A DNA stretch of 64,000 nucleotides from Mobula hypostoma (Eukaryota): positions 98,954,001 through 99,018,000 of the forward strand of contig NC_086108.1 of the NCBI RefSeq assembly GCF_963921235.1, written 5' to 3'. The position numbers and the translations under genes were made by a program. The notes beneath the pieces were generated by a model. The model was not told where the DNA came from and ran no database searches. It saw only the letters and a program-made list of their open reading frames with translations. Positions 26,441-39,475 of this stretch are shown in pieces. The first letter of the stretch is position 1; every line of letters begins with the position of its first letter.

Positions 26441-27310
26441 TGTTTGAGTGTGCATGCACGTTTGTGTCTCTGTAAGTGTGTGTGAGTGAAGTGCAGTGGG
26501 TATATTTATGCGAGTGCATGTTTGTGCAAGGGCATGTTTACGTGAGTAAATGTGTGTACATTTTTGTGCAAATGAAGTTTAAGGACATGTTTATGTGTGT
26601 AAGTATATGTGCATGCTTATGTGTATACGTGTAAGTGAAGTGTGTGAGCATGTTTGCGTATATGAAGTGTAAGGACATGTTTATGTGTGTAAATGTGTAT
26701 GCATATATGTCTATCCCTGTAAGTGAAGTGTGCTAGTATTGTTTAAGTGAGTGTAACTGAAGGGTACTTCATTTTGATGTGTGTAAAATGTGTGTATGTT
26801 TGTGTAAATGAAGTTTATGGGCATATTTGTGTGCAAGTTTGTAAGTTTATGCATGTTTATAAAAGTTTGTGCATCTGTATGTAAATGTATTCATCTACGA
26901 ATCTAAGTGCAATATGTTTTTCCGTAAGTGTGTGTTCATGTGTCTGTTTTATGCATGTTTAAACCTCGTGAGAGTATCAGTACGTTAGCAGGTTTGTATT
27001 TGTACCTCTGTGTAATAGTATGCATGTGTGTTATGGCTTTGTATGTAAGTATATGGAGCAGAATTGATGGGCCAGCTGGCCTAACTCTCCTCCTATGTTT
27101 TATGATCTAAGTTTGCACATACATGCAAATACATGGTTCGGTGTAAGAATATGTGAGTCTGTTTGTGTGGAAGTATACATTTGTACTTCTACCTTGCATA
27201 AGAGTGCAGATATGTTTTTGCCTATAACTGTGTGTAAGAATGCATATGCATGTATCTCTTTGGCTCTGTGTCTAAAGACTGCTTCTGTGCATTTGTCCAT
27301 GGCTCTGTAA
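26440..27310. repeat. Degenerate TG/TA low-complexity tract with a diverged ~90-bp tandem unit
   Basis: Alternating purine-pyrimidine runs; atgaagt(t/g)taaggacatgtttatgtgtgtaa...gtaagtgaagtgtg recurs at ~26572 and ~26662. Confidence 0.75.
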
Positions 27311-27934
27311 ATCGCTATGCAAAAAATAATGTCCTACTGTTTAACCCCAACTTTTCTTTCTCCTTGTCAATGTCCCCACCCATATTAAATGTTTGCGCAG
27401 AAGTTAAATTAAACTCCATCCATTCTAAAGAAACTCCATTAACAAACACTCCTTCTTTCATTTAAACCACTGTATGCTGTGTAATCTTCCTAGACATTGG
27501 CTCCCAAAACGTCCTCCATGTCAAAGGAAATGTTTTTATTCCCACCGTTATTATAAGCATACAATAAAACCTAATTTTATAAATTGTGCCCTCCCATCTT
27601 CCAAGATATTTGTTTCTTTTGTTTTTCCCTGTTCCAATAACCTTAACCCCTCCTCCCTAATATGAAAACCAAAAACAAGATTCTGTACACTGAAGCCAAA
27701 TAATCTTGCCTTTCCTCTTAATGAGGGAGGGGTGTTGTTAGTGTGGCAAGTTAATGTCTGCAGTATAAATTGGATCATCTTAAAGCATGACAGTTCATAA
27801 GTGCTTTGTATGGAACATGTCCATTAAGTATGCAATTTCTCACCACAATTATTTTCATCCCACTCCCACTCTGTCCTCTCCATCTCTGTCCCCCACACAG
27901 TTCTAATGAAGGTCAACATAAGCATGAGTAATAA

Positions 27935-28003
27935 CACCTCATCTTCCAACTTGGCATTTTACAAGACTCTGAGCTCAACGCTGAATTCAACAGTCTGAGA
28001 TAA
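27935..28003 (+). pseudogene. Old Penelope GIY-YIG C-terminal relic
   Basis: Translates HLIFQLGILQDSELNAEFNSLR*, matching HLIFRLGSLQPDGMNIDFSNFR* at 58220-58285. Confidence 0.7.
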
Positions 28004-28134
28004 TCAGCCATTCCAAGCATATCTCATACGAGCAGCAATTTTGTTTTCTTTCTCTCTTTGTCAGGTATTTAAAATTTCATTCAACTTCTCCTCTTTACTT
28101 CCTCCGAATATACCTCGACAGGCACCACAATTTT

Positions 28135-28660
28135 GGGGTGGCACGGTGGCATAGAAGAAGACGAAGAAAGCCCTTAACTCCAAGTGGAATCATCGGGACG
28201 CCATCGTGATGGCGTTTTTTTTTAAGCAGGCTTTCTTATTTTTACGAGGCCGAGTTGCTAGCTCAACGCTCAACCCAGCACGGATGGAAAGCGTGCAAGG
28301 GAGCCGGCTGGATTCAAACTCAGGAGCCTTTGCTCCGAAGTCCGGCGCTGGTGCCAATACACTACCTGCCGGCTAATAGTAGCGTAGTGGTTAGCATAAA
28401 GTTTTACATTACAGGCGAGCTGAGTTCACTTTTTGCTACCGTCTGTTACGCATTTGTACGTTCTCCCCGCGACCACATGAGTTTCTGCTGGGTGCTTCAG
28501 TTTCCTCCCACAGTCCAAAGACGTACGATTGGTAGGTTAATTGGTCATTGTCACTTGTCCCGTGATTAGTCTAGGACTAATTCAGGGGACTGCTGGGTGG
28601 CATAGCTCGAAAGGCTGGTAGGACCTATTCCGTGCAGTATCTCAATCAATAAATAACTAA
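28135..28660 (+). mobile_element. tRNA-derived V-domain (HE1-like) SINE, interrupted in its head by another SINE
   Basis: Head ggggtggcacgg...tagcgtagtggttagc; core gtacgttctcccc...gggtgcttcagtttcctcccacagtccaaagac; aataaataa tail. Confidence 0.8.
28153..28375 (-). mobile_element. Young tRNA-headed SINE with RTE-like body and (TTC)n tail
   Basis: Reverse strand shows A-box tagtgtattgg, B-box gagtttgaatcc, body gggttgagcgttgagctagcaactcggcctcgtaaaaa and tail ttcttcgtcttcttct; CpGs retained. Confidence 0.75.
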
Positions 28661-28694
28661 ATTTGGAACATCTGCAAATATATCAAACAAATGT

Positions 28695-29390
28695 GTAACA
28701 AAGAAGGCATGGCAGCACCTCTACTTTCTTAGAAGTTGCGTAGATTCAGCATGACATCTACAACCTTGACAAACTTCGGTAGGTGCACAGTGGAGAACAT
28801 CCTGACTGGTTGCATCATGTCCTGGTACGGAAACACCAATACCCAAAAGTGGAAAAGCCCACAAAAAGTAGTGCTACATCCCTCATAGAAAAAGTCCTAC
28901 TCACCAGAGAGCACATCCACAAAGAAGCACTGACACAAGAAAGCAGCATTCTTCATCAAAGTCCCGTACAATCCAGGCCATGTTGTCTTCTCACTGCTGC
29001 CATTGGAAGGAGGTACCACATCAGCAGGTTCAGGAACAGTTATTAGCTTCAACCCACATGGATAACTCCACTCACCTCAACACGGAACTGATTCCACAAC
29101 CTATGGACTCACTTTCAAGGACTCTACAACTCTTGTTCTCAGTAGTGTTTACTTACTTATTTAAGATGTTTATTATTATCATTATTATTATTAACATCAG
29201 TTTTTGTTTGTTTTTTGTATTTGCACAGCTTGTCCTCTTTTGCACATTAGTTGTAGGTCAATCTTTGTATCGTTTATTTGTTGATTCTGGTGCTTTTCTT
29301 TGTTCTACTGTGAATACCTTCAAGAAAATGAATCTCAGGGTAGTGTATGGCGACATGTATGTACTTTGAAAATGAACTTACTTTGAATGT
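28695..29390 (+). mobile_element. Rex1-like LINE 3' remnant
   Basis: aagaaggcatggcagcacctctactttcttagaag (KKAxQHLYFLR) and atcctgactggttgcatc (ILTGCI); 3' UTR shared with 3860-4110 and 57760-58490. Confidence 0.75.
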
Positions 29391-32300
29391 ACCTTTATCT
29401 TTGCATTCAGCACTAACATGTTTTCTCGCATGTCTCTACTTTCCCGCCCCCCCCCCCATTGCAGACGTTGTATAAGATTATAAAGGGCTTAGATAGGGTA
29501 AATGCAAATGCAAACAGGCTTTGTTCACTAAGGTTGAGTGAAACTAAAACCGGAGGTCATGGGTTCAGGATGAAAGGGACAATATATAAGGGAACACAAG
29601 GGGGAGCTTCTTCACTCAGAGGGTTGTGTGAGTGTAGAATGAGCTGCCAGCAATATTGGATATGGGTTCACTTCAACATTTAAGAAAAATTTTGTACTCC
29701 AGTACTCTATGACTTAAAAAATACTGAAGGCTGTGGGCCTGTAGGGAATTTTTGTTTGGAGGTGGGGTGAGCAGATGTCATTAACATGGAAGACAGAACA
29801 TTACAGCACAGTGCTTTGGCCTTTTGGCCCGTGATGTTGTGCCTGTTATGTTTTATAACTCCAAAACATTAAAACAAGGAAGCCAGGAATGCAAGTCTAA
29901 CTTCAGGCAATCATGTATCAAGTGGTGGCATGATGACATATGCCATTTACATACTTCTACATATAACCCACAATGCATTATGTAAACAACAAAGAATGTT
30001 TAATCAAACAATATATTTACAATATTACTGAAATATTTAACACACAATGCTGCCAACCTTTAACCAACTCTAAGATCAATCAGAACATTCCCTGCTACAT
30101 AACCCTCCATTATTCTATCATCCACATGCCTATCTAAGTGTATCTGTCTCCACCACTATCCCTGGCGGGGAAAAAGCCCAAGCTCACTCAGCCTATCCTT
30201 GTATGGCATTTGTTGCAGATTAAGTATGATCATTGAATTATTACAGATTTAAGCACAGTTTTTGATTTAGGCAAACAATTTGTGTTTAGATAAATATAAC
30301 TAATCTTGGCTGGTAGCTTTAGGGGGTAATTGTTGAATTAAAACAAAAACTTTCAAACTGCTCAAAATCTGAAGTAAAAGCAGATCACGTTGAAGATAAC
30401 ATCTGTAATTTCATTAATACAATATCTAAGACCTGTTAGAATGTCAGTGGCAGTTCAAGGAAAACTGCAAGAAGAGTAAAAAGGATTATTTTTGTGTCCA
30501 GCTAGGTTATTCCCCATAAACAGTTCTAATCTTAGTTAAAATCAAAAAGCGCGAATACCTTACACATCTGTATATCTACAAACTTGACTGTAGTTTGAAG
30601 TTCAAGTTCAATTTTCTTGTCATTCAGCTATGCACATGTATGCAGCTAAATGAAGCATTTATTTATTTTGACCCCTTTGGGGCTACGGTGCAAAACACAG
30701 TCCATACGGTCACACACAGCATATATAATTGTGATTCAGCACATACAGTCGCAAAATAATATCAGCACAGGTCCCTGAGTGACATGGCCTAAAGGTTGAC
30801 AGGATGACGTAAAGTGTGAGGTGTATGTTTATTTAAGACAGTATAATGTTACTGACACTATTATAATAAAACAAGCAGTGGTATAAATATGTGAAACAGC
30901 AGTAATTAAAGAGGAAAAGTGACCATTACAGGTTGAGAGTGTGTATGTAGTTGGGGAGTGAGGGTGGGGCATTCTGACAGGGCATTTAACATTTGGGTTG
31001 TGATAATATTTTGAATTAGTGCTTGGTCTGGGATTTAACCTTTTTTTCCTCCCCGCAGTTACTTGCAATTATTTAATTGTTTTGCTGTACCAAATTCCTA
31101 TCAAAGTTAAGGTGACAGTGCACTTGGCTAGAGCAGCCTCTCCGGCTCCAACAAATGGTGCACAGTGTGCCTTAAACATTTTTCTTGCGATCGCAAGACC
31201 CTGTTGAACATTGGTAATATAAAATACTGCAAGTCCGGTTCAGCGGTTCATTGGTGAGACTGATGGTGGGGTTGTTGCTCTGATGCCACAGCACCATCTG
31301 TTGCAGCCACCCCAGGGAAATGGTGCCAGAAGCAGTGAGGGAGAGAACAGAGATACACAGGTGCATTGGAATCTGTACTGGGTTGGTGGCTGTTCCCTCC
31401 TGTCAGTGTTACTGTCTGGTCTTCATTTCCTTGCCTTTGTCTGGGGCTGATTCAGTGTGAGATGAGGAACTGCTGTGTACTTGTTCTTGCAGAAAACTGG
31501 CTTCAAGCAACCTTCAGGCCATGGCACTCAGGGACTTGTGCTAATGTTATTTTTGTGATTGTGTTACTCTATGCGCTGTGTATTTTGTACTGTATTTTGT
31601 ACCTTGGCCCTGGAGGAATGCTGTTTTGTTTACCCGTACACATGTGTATGGTTGTATGACAATTAAACTTGAACTTGAACAAAAGCCAATTAAGACCATT
31701 TCTTTATTCTTTTCAATGCAACAATATTCTCAATTGTGTCCACAGAGAAGATTCAACAACTGGTCTTTGTCTGCTTGTACATTGTGGTATGAAAGCACAA
31801 ACTGAACTTAGGTAAATCGATAGATATTGCAGCAATATTTTAACTTTAATAATATGTTGAATATGCAAAACATCCTAGGGCATTTTACAAAATATTGTCG
31901 AAAGAAATGGAATTGGTAGCACAGAATGGAGTTTAAAATTGGACAAAGAGAAGGGTTTTAAGATGGGTTTTTAAAGGAGAAGCAACAACAGATTTAAGGA
32001 ATAAGTTCTGAAAACCAAGACGTCATAACTGAAGGATTTCCACAAATGATAACAGAAAATAAAGGGCAGATGTTCAGAGTTAACGGCACATAATTGAGGA
32101 GTGCAGAAAGGAGGAGGCTGGGAAAGGCTAGACCCAAGTGCGGAGGAAAAACAGATTCCCATGTGAAACCTGCAGCCAGGGTTTATCCATAAGTGTTCAA
32201 ACAAAACATTGGTGGCTCAGTGCAGTGACACCACGAGACATAATATTCTCAAAGCTAGAACAACTCTATCAGCGCCAAGTCACGTCTGCTCAAACAGAGC

Positions 32301-33285
32301 AGGTGACCTGGAATCTCCGAGCCCAACAAAATAAACATAACAAGGTTAAACAATTAAACAACAATTAACCAATTAAGGTGCTCTGGAAACCTTGGCGCCA
32401 AATGCTCTCTGGCTCCTCACACAGGCCCAGAGAGCTCATTACAGAAAGTTCAACAGAGGTTGCAATGATGAAACGGTAAACGGAAATGTTTGTTTGATGA
32501 CGAAATTCAATAAAAAATAGATTACAAAAAAAAAGAAATGGTAAAGCCTTCACGAGGTTTGAAGGTGAACTCAAATAGTAAGCTTCACAGATTGGAAAAC
32601 AGGCAAACAAATATTGGCATAAGGCAGGATATGGGCTGCTTACAAACAGATAACAGCTTGAACAAAGAGAAGGATTGCAATGATTGAATTGGAGCTAATA
32701 AAAAGATTTCCCATGGATCAAGCTAAAGATATGCTTTATTGTAAAAACATCAAAAAGTACAGTGAAACGTGTCTTTCATGTCAACAACCAACACAGTCGA
32801 AGATGTGTTGGGGGCAACCCGCAAATGTTGCCATGCTTCTGCTGCATGGCCACAAATTACTACAGGTTTCCCCCGCCATCTGAAGGTAGAGCGTTCCTAT
32901 GAAATGGCTCATAAGCTGGAATGTCGTAAAGCGAAGGTGCAATTACCATTTACTGTAACCCTAATCCATACAACTTTGGAAACCAGAGCACCCAGAGGAA
33001 ATCCATGCGGTCATGGGGAGAACATGCAAACTCCTTACGGACAGCAGCAGAAATTGAACCCTAATTAGTGATAACTGTTCATGTTAATGCAAAGATGTTT
33101 GAGTTAAGCATTGCAGAAGTGAAAACGTACAGATTTAGTCGCGTGTGTAATGTGAAGCCCAGATAACTGAGGTGTTGACAGATATTTTCACCATCTCTCT
33201 GGAACAGTCCATTGTCCCCTTGGTTTTCAAGGCAGCAGACATCGTTCCAGTGTCAAAGAAGGTAACAGTAACCTGTCTAAATGAC

Positions 33286-33873
33286 AAGCAACACACATGA
33301 AAGTTGCTGGTGAATGCAGCAGGCCAGGCAGCATCTCTAGGAAGAGGTACATTCGACGTTTCGGGCCAAGACCCTTCGTCAGGACTAACTGAAGGAAGAG
33401 CTAGCAAGAAATTTGAAACTGGGAGGGGGAGGGGGAGATCCAAAATGATAGGAGAAGACAGGAGGGGGAGGGATGCAGCCAAGAGCTGGACAGGTGATTG
33501 GCAAAAGGGATATGAGAGGATCATGGGACAGGAGGCCCAGGGAGAAGGAAAGAGGGGAGGGGGAAAAACCCAGAGGATGGGCAAGGGGTATAGTTAGAGG
33601 GAGAAAAAGGAGAGAGAGAGAAAGAATGTGTGTATATAAATAAATGACGGATGGGGTACGAGGGGGAGGTGGGACATTAGCGGAAGTTAGAGAAGTCAAT
33701 GTTCATGCCATCAGGTTGGAGGCTACCCAGATGGAATATAAGGTGTTGTTCCTCCAACCTGAGTGTGGCTTCATCTTTACAGTAGAGGAGGCCATGGATA
33801 GACATATCAGAATGGGAATGGGATGCGGAATTAAAATGCGTGGCCAATGGGATGTGGAATTAAAATGTGTGGC
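33286..33873 (-). mobile_element. 5'-truncated Penelope-like element (GIY-YIG C-terminus, 3' UTR, hammerhead)
   Basis: 9-bp TSD ctaaatgac at 33277-33285 and 33874-33882; near-identical to 57797-58412; 29-bp tandem duplication at 33817-33874. Confidence 0.9.
33351..33386 (-). ncRNA. Minimal type-I hammerhead ribozyme motif (intact core)
   Basis: RNA AGUC-CUGACGA-A-GGGU-CUUG-GCCC-GAAAC-GUC-GAAU: catalytic core, stem II and GUC cleavage triplet present; stem I has one mismatch. Confidence 0.75.
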
Positions 33874-34437
33874 CTAAATGACTATCGTCTAGTGGTATTA
33901 ACATCAACCATTATGAAATGCTTTGAGTGGCTGGTAATAGAGTGTATTAAAGCCTTTCTTCCAGCTACCTTGGACCTTTTCCAATGTGCTTATTGCTGGA
34001 ATCGATCCACTGACAATGCCATAGCCTCTGCCCTCCACTATGTCTTACCCCACCTGGAAAATGGGGTCTCATAAGCCAAGCTGCTACTTATAGACTTCAG
34101 TTCGGTGTTTAACACCGTCATACCCCAGAAACGAGTGGGGAAACTGTCCTCGCTGGGTCTCTTCGCCTCCCTCTGTAACTGGATCCTGGACTTCTTCACG
34201 GAAAGGCTCCAGTCAGTCCTTTTGGGCAACGACATCTCTAGTCCCATTGTGCCAAGCACCGGCACTCCCGGGACAGTGTGCTCAGCCTGCTGCTGACACA
34301 TGACTGTGTCACAGGATCCAGCTCAAACCGTGTCATCAAGTTTGCAGATGACAGAACAGTGTTTCGCCTCATCGACAACATTGAGTTGGAGTACAGAGAG
34401 GAAGTGAAGCAGCTGGTGGATTGGTGTGAGAAGAACA

Positions 34438-36532
34438 TGTACTATGGACATGTGGTCGATGTTTAGAGATCTCTTGCAGGGTGTTAGGGATAAACTTGTC
34501 CCGGTGAGGAAGATAAAGAATGGTAGGGTGAAGGAACCATGGGTGACAAGTGAGGTGGAAAATCTAGTCAGGTGGAAGAAGGCAGCATACATGAGGTTTA
34601 GGAAGCAAGGATCAGATGGGTCTATTGAGGAATATAGGGAAGCAAGAAAGGAGCTTAAGAAGGGGCTGAGAAGAGCAAGAAGGGGGCATGAGAAGGCCTT
34701 GGTGAGTAGGGTAAAGGAAAACCCCAAGGCATTCTTCAATTATGTGAAGAACAAAAGGATGACAGGAGTGAAGGTAGGACCGATTAGAGATAAAGGTGGG
34801 AAGATGTGCCTGGAGGCTGTGGAAGTGAGCGAGGTCCTCAATGAATACTTCTCCTCAGTATTCACCAATGAGAGGGAACTTGATGAGGGTGAGGACAATA
34901 TGAGTGAGGTTGATGTTCTGGAGCATGTTGATATTAAGGGAGAGGAGGTGTTGGAGTTGTTAAAATACATTAGGACGGGTAAGTCCCCAGGGCCTGACGA
35001 AATATTCCCCAGGCTGCTCCATGAGGCGAGGGAAGAGATTGCTGAGCCTCTGGCTAGGATATTTATGTCCTCGTTGTCCACGGGAATGGTACCGGAGGAT
35101 TGGAGGGAGGCGAATGTTGTTCCCTTGTTCAAAAAAGGTAGTAGGGATAGTCTGGGTAATTATAGACCAGTAAGCCTTACATCTGTGGTGGGAAAGCTGT
35201 TGGAAAAGATTCTTTTAGATAGGATCTCTGGGCATTTAGAGAATCATGGTCTGATCAGGGACAGTCAGCATGGCTTTGTGAAGGGCAGATCGTGTCTAAT
35301 AAGCCTGATAGAGTTCTTTGATGAGGTGACCAGGCATATAGATGAGGGTAGTGCAGTGGATGTGATCTATAAGGATTTTAGTAAGGCATTTGACAAGGTT
35401 CCACACGGTAGGCTTATTCAGAAAGTCAGAAGGCATGGGATCCAGGGAAGTTTGGCCAGGTGGATTCAGAATTGGCTTGCCTGCAGAAGGCAGAGGGTGG
35501 TGGTGGAGGGAGTACATTCAGATTGGAGGATTGTGACTAAGGCTGTCCCACAAGGATCAGTTCTGGGACCTCTACTTTTCGTGATTTTTATTAACGACCT
35601 GGATGTGGAGGTAGAGGGGTAGGTTGGCAAGTTTGCAGACGACACAAAGGTTGGTGGTGTTGTAGATAGTGTAGAGGATTGTCAAAGATTGCAGAGAGAC
35701 ATTGATAGGATGCAGGAGTGGGCTGAGAAGTGGCAGGTGGAGTTCAACCCGGAGAAGTGTGAGGTGGTACACTTTGGAAGGACAAACTCCAAGGCTGAGT
35801 ACAAAGTAAATGGCAGGATACTTGGTAGTGTGGAGGAGCAGAGGGATCTGGGGGTACATGTCCACATATCCCTGAAAGTTGCCTCACAGGTAGATAGGAT
35901 AGTTAAGAAGGCTTATGGGGTGTTAGCTTTCATAAGTCAAGGGATAGAGTTTAAGAGTCGCTATGTAATGATGCAGCTCTATAAAACTCTGGTTAGGCCA
36001 CACTTGGGGTACTATGTCCAGTTCTGGTGGCCTCACTATAGGAAGGATGTGGAAGCATTGGAAAGGGTACAGAGGAGATTTACCAGGATGCTGCCTGGTT
36101 TAGAGAATATGCATTATGATCAGAGATTAAGGGAGCTAGAGCTTTACTCTTTGGAGAGAAGGAGGATAAGAGGAGACATGATAGAGGTGTACAAGATAAT
36201 AAGAAGAACAGATAGAGTAGATAGCCAGCGCCTCTTCCCCAGGGCACTACTGCTCAATACAAGAGGACATGGCTTTAACATAAGGGGTGGGAAGTTCAGG
36301 GGGGATATTAGAGGAAGGTTTTTTACTCAGAGAGTGGTTGGTGCGTGGAATGCACTGCCTGAGTCAGTGGTGGAGGCAGATACACTTGTGAAGTTTAAGA
36401 GACTACTAGACAGGTATATGGAGGAATTTAAGGTGGGGGGTTATATGGGAGGCAGGGTTTGAGGGTCGGCACAACATTGTGGGCCGAAGGGAATGTACTG
36501 TGCTGTACTGTACTGTTCTATGTTCTATGTTC
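34438..36532 (+). mobile_element. 5'-truncated CR1 LINE with nearly intact RT region
   Basis: ORFs 34426-35622 and 35689-36462 are in one frame, split by a single TAG at 35620-35622 just before VGKFADDTK; (tgttcta)n tail; aca at both junctions (34435-34437, 36533-36535). Confidence 0.95.
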
Positions 36533-37373
36533 ACAACCTGAGTCTGAAAGTGGAGATGACTAAGAAAATCATTGTGGACTTCAGGAAGGTGAGGATGAAC
36601 CACCATCCTCTGCGAATACATGGCTCCTCTGTGGAGAGTGTTAAGTGCACCAAGTTCCCGGGAGTTCACATCACGGGTAGCCTCACTTGGTCCCTCATTA
36701 TCTCCTCCCCGAATAAGAAGGCACAGCAGTGCCTCCACTTCCTAAGGAAATTGAGGCAAGCAAGGCTCCCCCACAGCCCCTCCCCACCGATCTTAACTGT
36801 GTTTTACAGGAACACCACAGAGAGCATCCTGACAAGTTGCATCTCCATCTCGTATGGGAGCAGCAGAGCATCAGACTGGAGGTCACTACAAAAGACAGTG
36901 AGAGTGGCTGAGAGGACCATAGGGGTCTCCCTAACATTCACTGGGGATATTTATCAGGAGTGCTGTGTACACAGGGCCCTTAGTGTTATCAAGGGTCCCA
37001 CCCATCCATCCAGCATCCTCTTTAACTTTCTATGATCAGGCAAGAGACTCCGATGCATAAAGACAACAGTCAGGATGGAAGCAGCTTCTTCCCTCAGACC
37101 ATTAGGCTGCCGAACTCCCCTCTGCATCGCATTCAAAGTGTCACTGGTTAATTTATTCTGAACTGTACGATATTTAATTAATGCACTTTACTTTGTTTAT
37201 TTATGCATAATTCGTTTGTAGATTTAATTCTTACTTTCCCAAGTTATTGTGTGTTATGTGTGCATTATACCCTGTTCTGGAGAAATGTCTCATTTGATGG
37301 TCTACATGTACAGTATTTAGTTAAATGACAATAAACAACTTGACTTGAAGTCTAAAACTCAACTCTGGGTTTC

Positions 37374-38075
37374 TTATCCCTCCCTCCTCTCTCTTTTGCT
37401 ATTCCCCATTCTGGCTCCCCCGTTACCCCTTCCCTTCTTCTCACCTGTCCATCACCTTCCTCCAGTGCCCTGCCTCCTTCCCTTTCTTTCATAATCCACA
37501 CGCACTGTGGTAGTGTAGTGGCCAGCACAACGCTTTACATTACCAGCAATCTGAGTTCAATTCCTGCTGCTGTCTATACGGAGTTTGTACGTTCTCCCCG
37601 GGACCGCGTAGGTTTCCTGTTGTCTGTCTGTAAGGAGTTTGTACGTTCTCCTCGGGACTGCATGGGTTTCCTCTGGTTGATCTAGTTTCCTCCCACAGTG
37701 CAAGGTTTACCAGTTGGTAATTTAATTAGTCATTATAAATTGTCCTACAATTAGGCTAGGATTAAATCGGGGGATTGCTTAGTGGTGTGGTTCAAAGGAC
37801 TGGAAGGGACTGTTCTGTACTGTAATAAATAAATTCCTTATTCTTCATCTCTTTTGCACTATCCTCTCCCACTTTCCCCCTCACCTGGGCTCACCTACCA
37901 CCTGCCAGCTTGTATTCCGTCCCCTACCTCCCCTCCCCACCCAACAGAATTCTGGCTTATTTCGCTTTTCTTTCTAGTCCTGAAGGGTCTCTCCTCACAA
38001 TGCTGACTGTTTACTCCTCTTCATAGATGCTGCCTGACCTGCTGAGTTCCTCCACTATTTTGTGTTTGTTGCTCT
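37374..38075 (+). repeat. Penelope-derived 3' remnant interrupted by a V-SINE (37505-37830, ~55-bp internal duplication)
   Basis: Pyrimidine-rich PLE body and tail gatgctgcctgacctgctgagttcctcc; SINE core ggagtttgtacgttctcc occurs twice (~37581, ~37634). Confidence 0.7.
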
Positions 38076-38635
38076 GTGTTCATCAGAAAGTCAAAGTTCC
38101 ACTCTATCTTGTCAGCCAAAGAGGGAGGGAGGGAGGGAGGGAAGATAGAATTGCTGTCAAGGAAACTGACCTTGTGGCAGATCTTGAGATTAAAAGCTTC
38201 AGTCTTTCAAAGGAGAATTATAGCAGTCCTATAAAGTCAACCTACCTGAGGGGATTTAAGAGAAGCCTCTTGAGGGAATGGGGAATGCACCAGCACATGC
38301 AGTATCTGAAATTGCAAAGGTCAATTTAAAGGGATGTATTTGAAGAGAAAAGGAATTAAAAACCTTGCTTTGACGAGGTCAAATGTAAAAGAGCGAGCAG
38401 GGCATTAACTCAACACACTTTCTGTGATGTTAATCAAGGAGCCATTCTGGTATAGTGGATGTAATCATTGGTTGTGAACAAGTAGACCAGAGTTTATGTA
38501 GAAACGAAGCCTGTGGCACTGAAAATGCTGACGAGCGACAATATGGAACTAAGAAGAGGCCCGGAAGACAAGAATAGATCATTGGAGATGACGGTAATGA
38601 AAAGGGAAGCAAGGCCTACAGATCTATTGGATAAA

Positions 38636-39475
38636 TACAAGAGATTCTGCAGATGCTGGAAATCCAGGGCAACAAACACAAAATGGCGGAGGAACTCAGC
38701 AGGCCAGGCAGCACCAATGGAGAGGAATAAAGAGTCAATGTTTCAGGTTGAGATGCTTCATCAGCACTGGACAGGAAGGGGAAGGAGCCAGAATAAGAAG
38801 GTGTAGGGAAGGGAAGGTGTACAAGCTAGAGGAGAGGGGGGAGGTGAGTGGGTGAGAGAGGGATGCAGTAAGAAACTGGGAGATGACAGGCGGGTGAGCA
38901 GAAGGGAAGTGGTAAGGGAGGGAGCTAAAATGGGGAATAGAAAATAAGAGAGGGGGAGGGGTGTGAAACCCAGAGCTGAGTTTCAAATTTCACATTACAC
39001 ATACAACTAAGACTGTACATTTTCATTTCTGAAATGCTTAACTCAAGCATGTTTATGCCAACATCGACAGTGATCACTGATCGGGATTCAATTCCCACTG
39101 CTGCTTGTAAGGGGTTTTCACCTTCTCCCTGTGACTGCATGGACTTCCTCTGAATGCTCTGGTTTCCAAAGTCGTGCAGATTAGGGTTAGCAAGTTGGGG
39201 GTGTGCTGAGTAGGCAGCAGGTACGGCAACATTTGTGGCTTGTCCCCAGCACGTCCTCGCATTGCGTTGGTTCTTGGCACAAGAGACGCATTGCACTGTA
39301 TGTTTCCATGTTTCGACAAGTAAAGTTGGTCTTTAGCTTTATCCATGGGAAACCTCGTTATTGGCTCCGATTCAATCACATGAGAAGAGGAGGGCCAACA
39401 AGGGAGCCAGAATGGGGAATGGAAAAAGGGAGAAGCGAGAGAGGGGGAGAAATTATTGGAAGGTAGAGAAATCAT
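38636..39475 (-). repeat. Penelope-derived remnant plus shared module and SINE cargo
   Basis: Family end acaagagattctgcagatgctggaaatcc; hammerhead remnant at 38733-38768; module at 38965-39047; SINE-like 39050-39320. Confidence 0.7.

Larger units (their letters stand above)
33158..37345 (+). mobile_element. Rex1-like LINE hosting nested Penelope and CR1 insertions
   Basis: CLNDYRLVVLTSTIMKCFE, IKFADDRT, WCEKN|NLSL, KKAQQCLHFLRKL; tgaag duplicated at 33153-33157 and 37346-37350. Confidence 0.88.

Noticed and set aside
25228..26519. Several 80-140 aa ORFs around the CpG island
   Set aside because: Low-complexity Pro/Ser/Thr- or Gly/Arg-rich products of C-rich and GC-rich sequence; only the first 7 codons of 25596-25853 look real.
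31183..31198. 16-bp perfect palindrome tcttgcgatcgcaaga
   Set aside because: About one palindrome with 8-bp arms is expected by chance in 64 kb.
31040..31255. Strong-looking plus-strand acceptor (ttttttcctccccgcag) with downstream GT sites
   Set aside because: All three frames hit a stop before the candidate donors; at most a non-coding exon, with no support.
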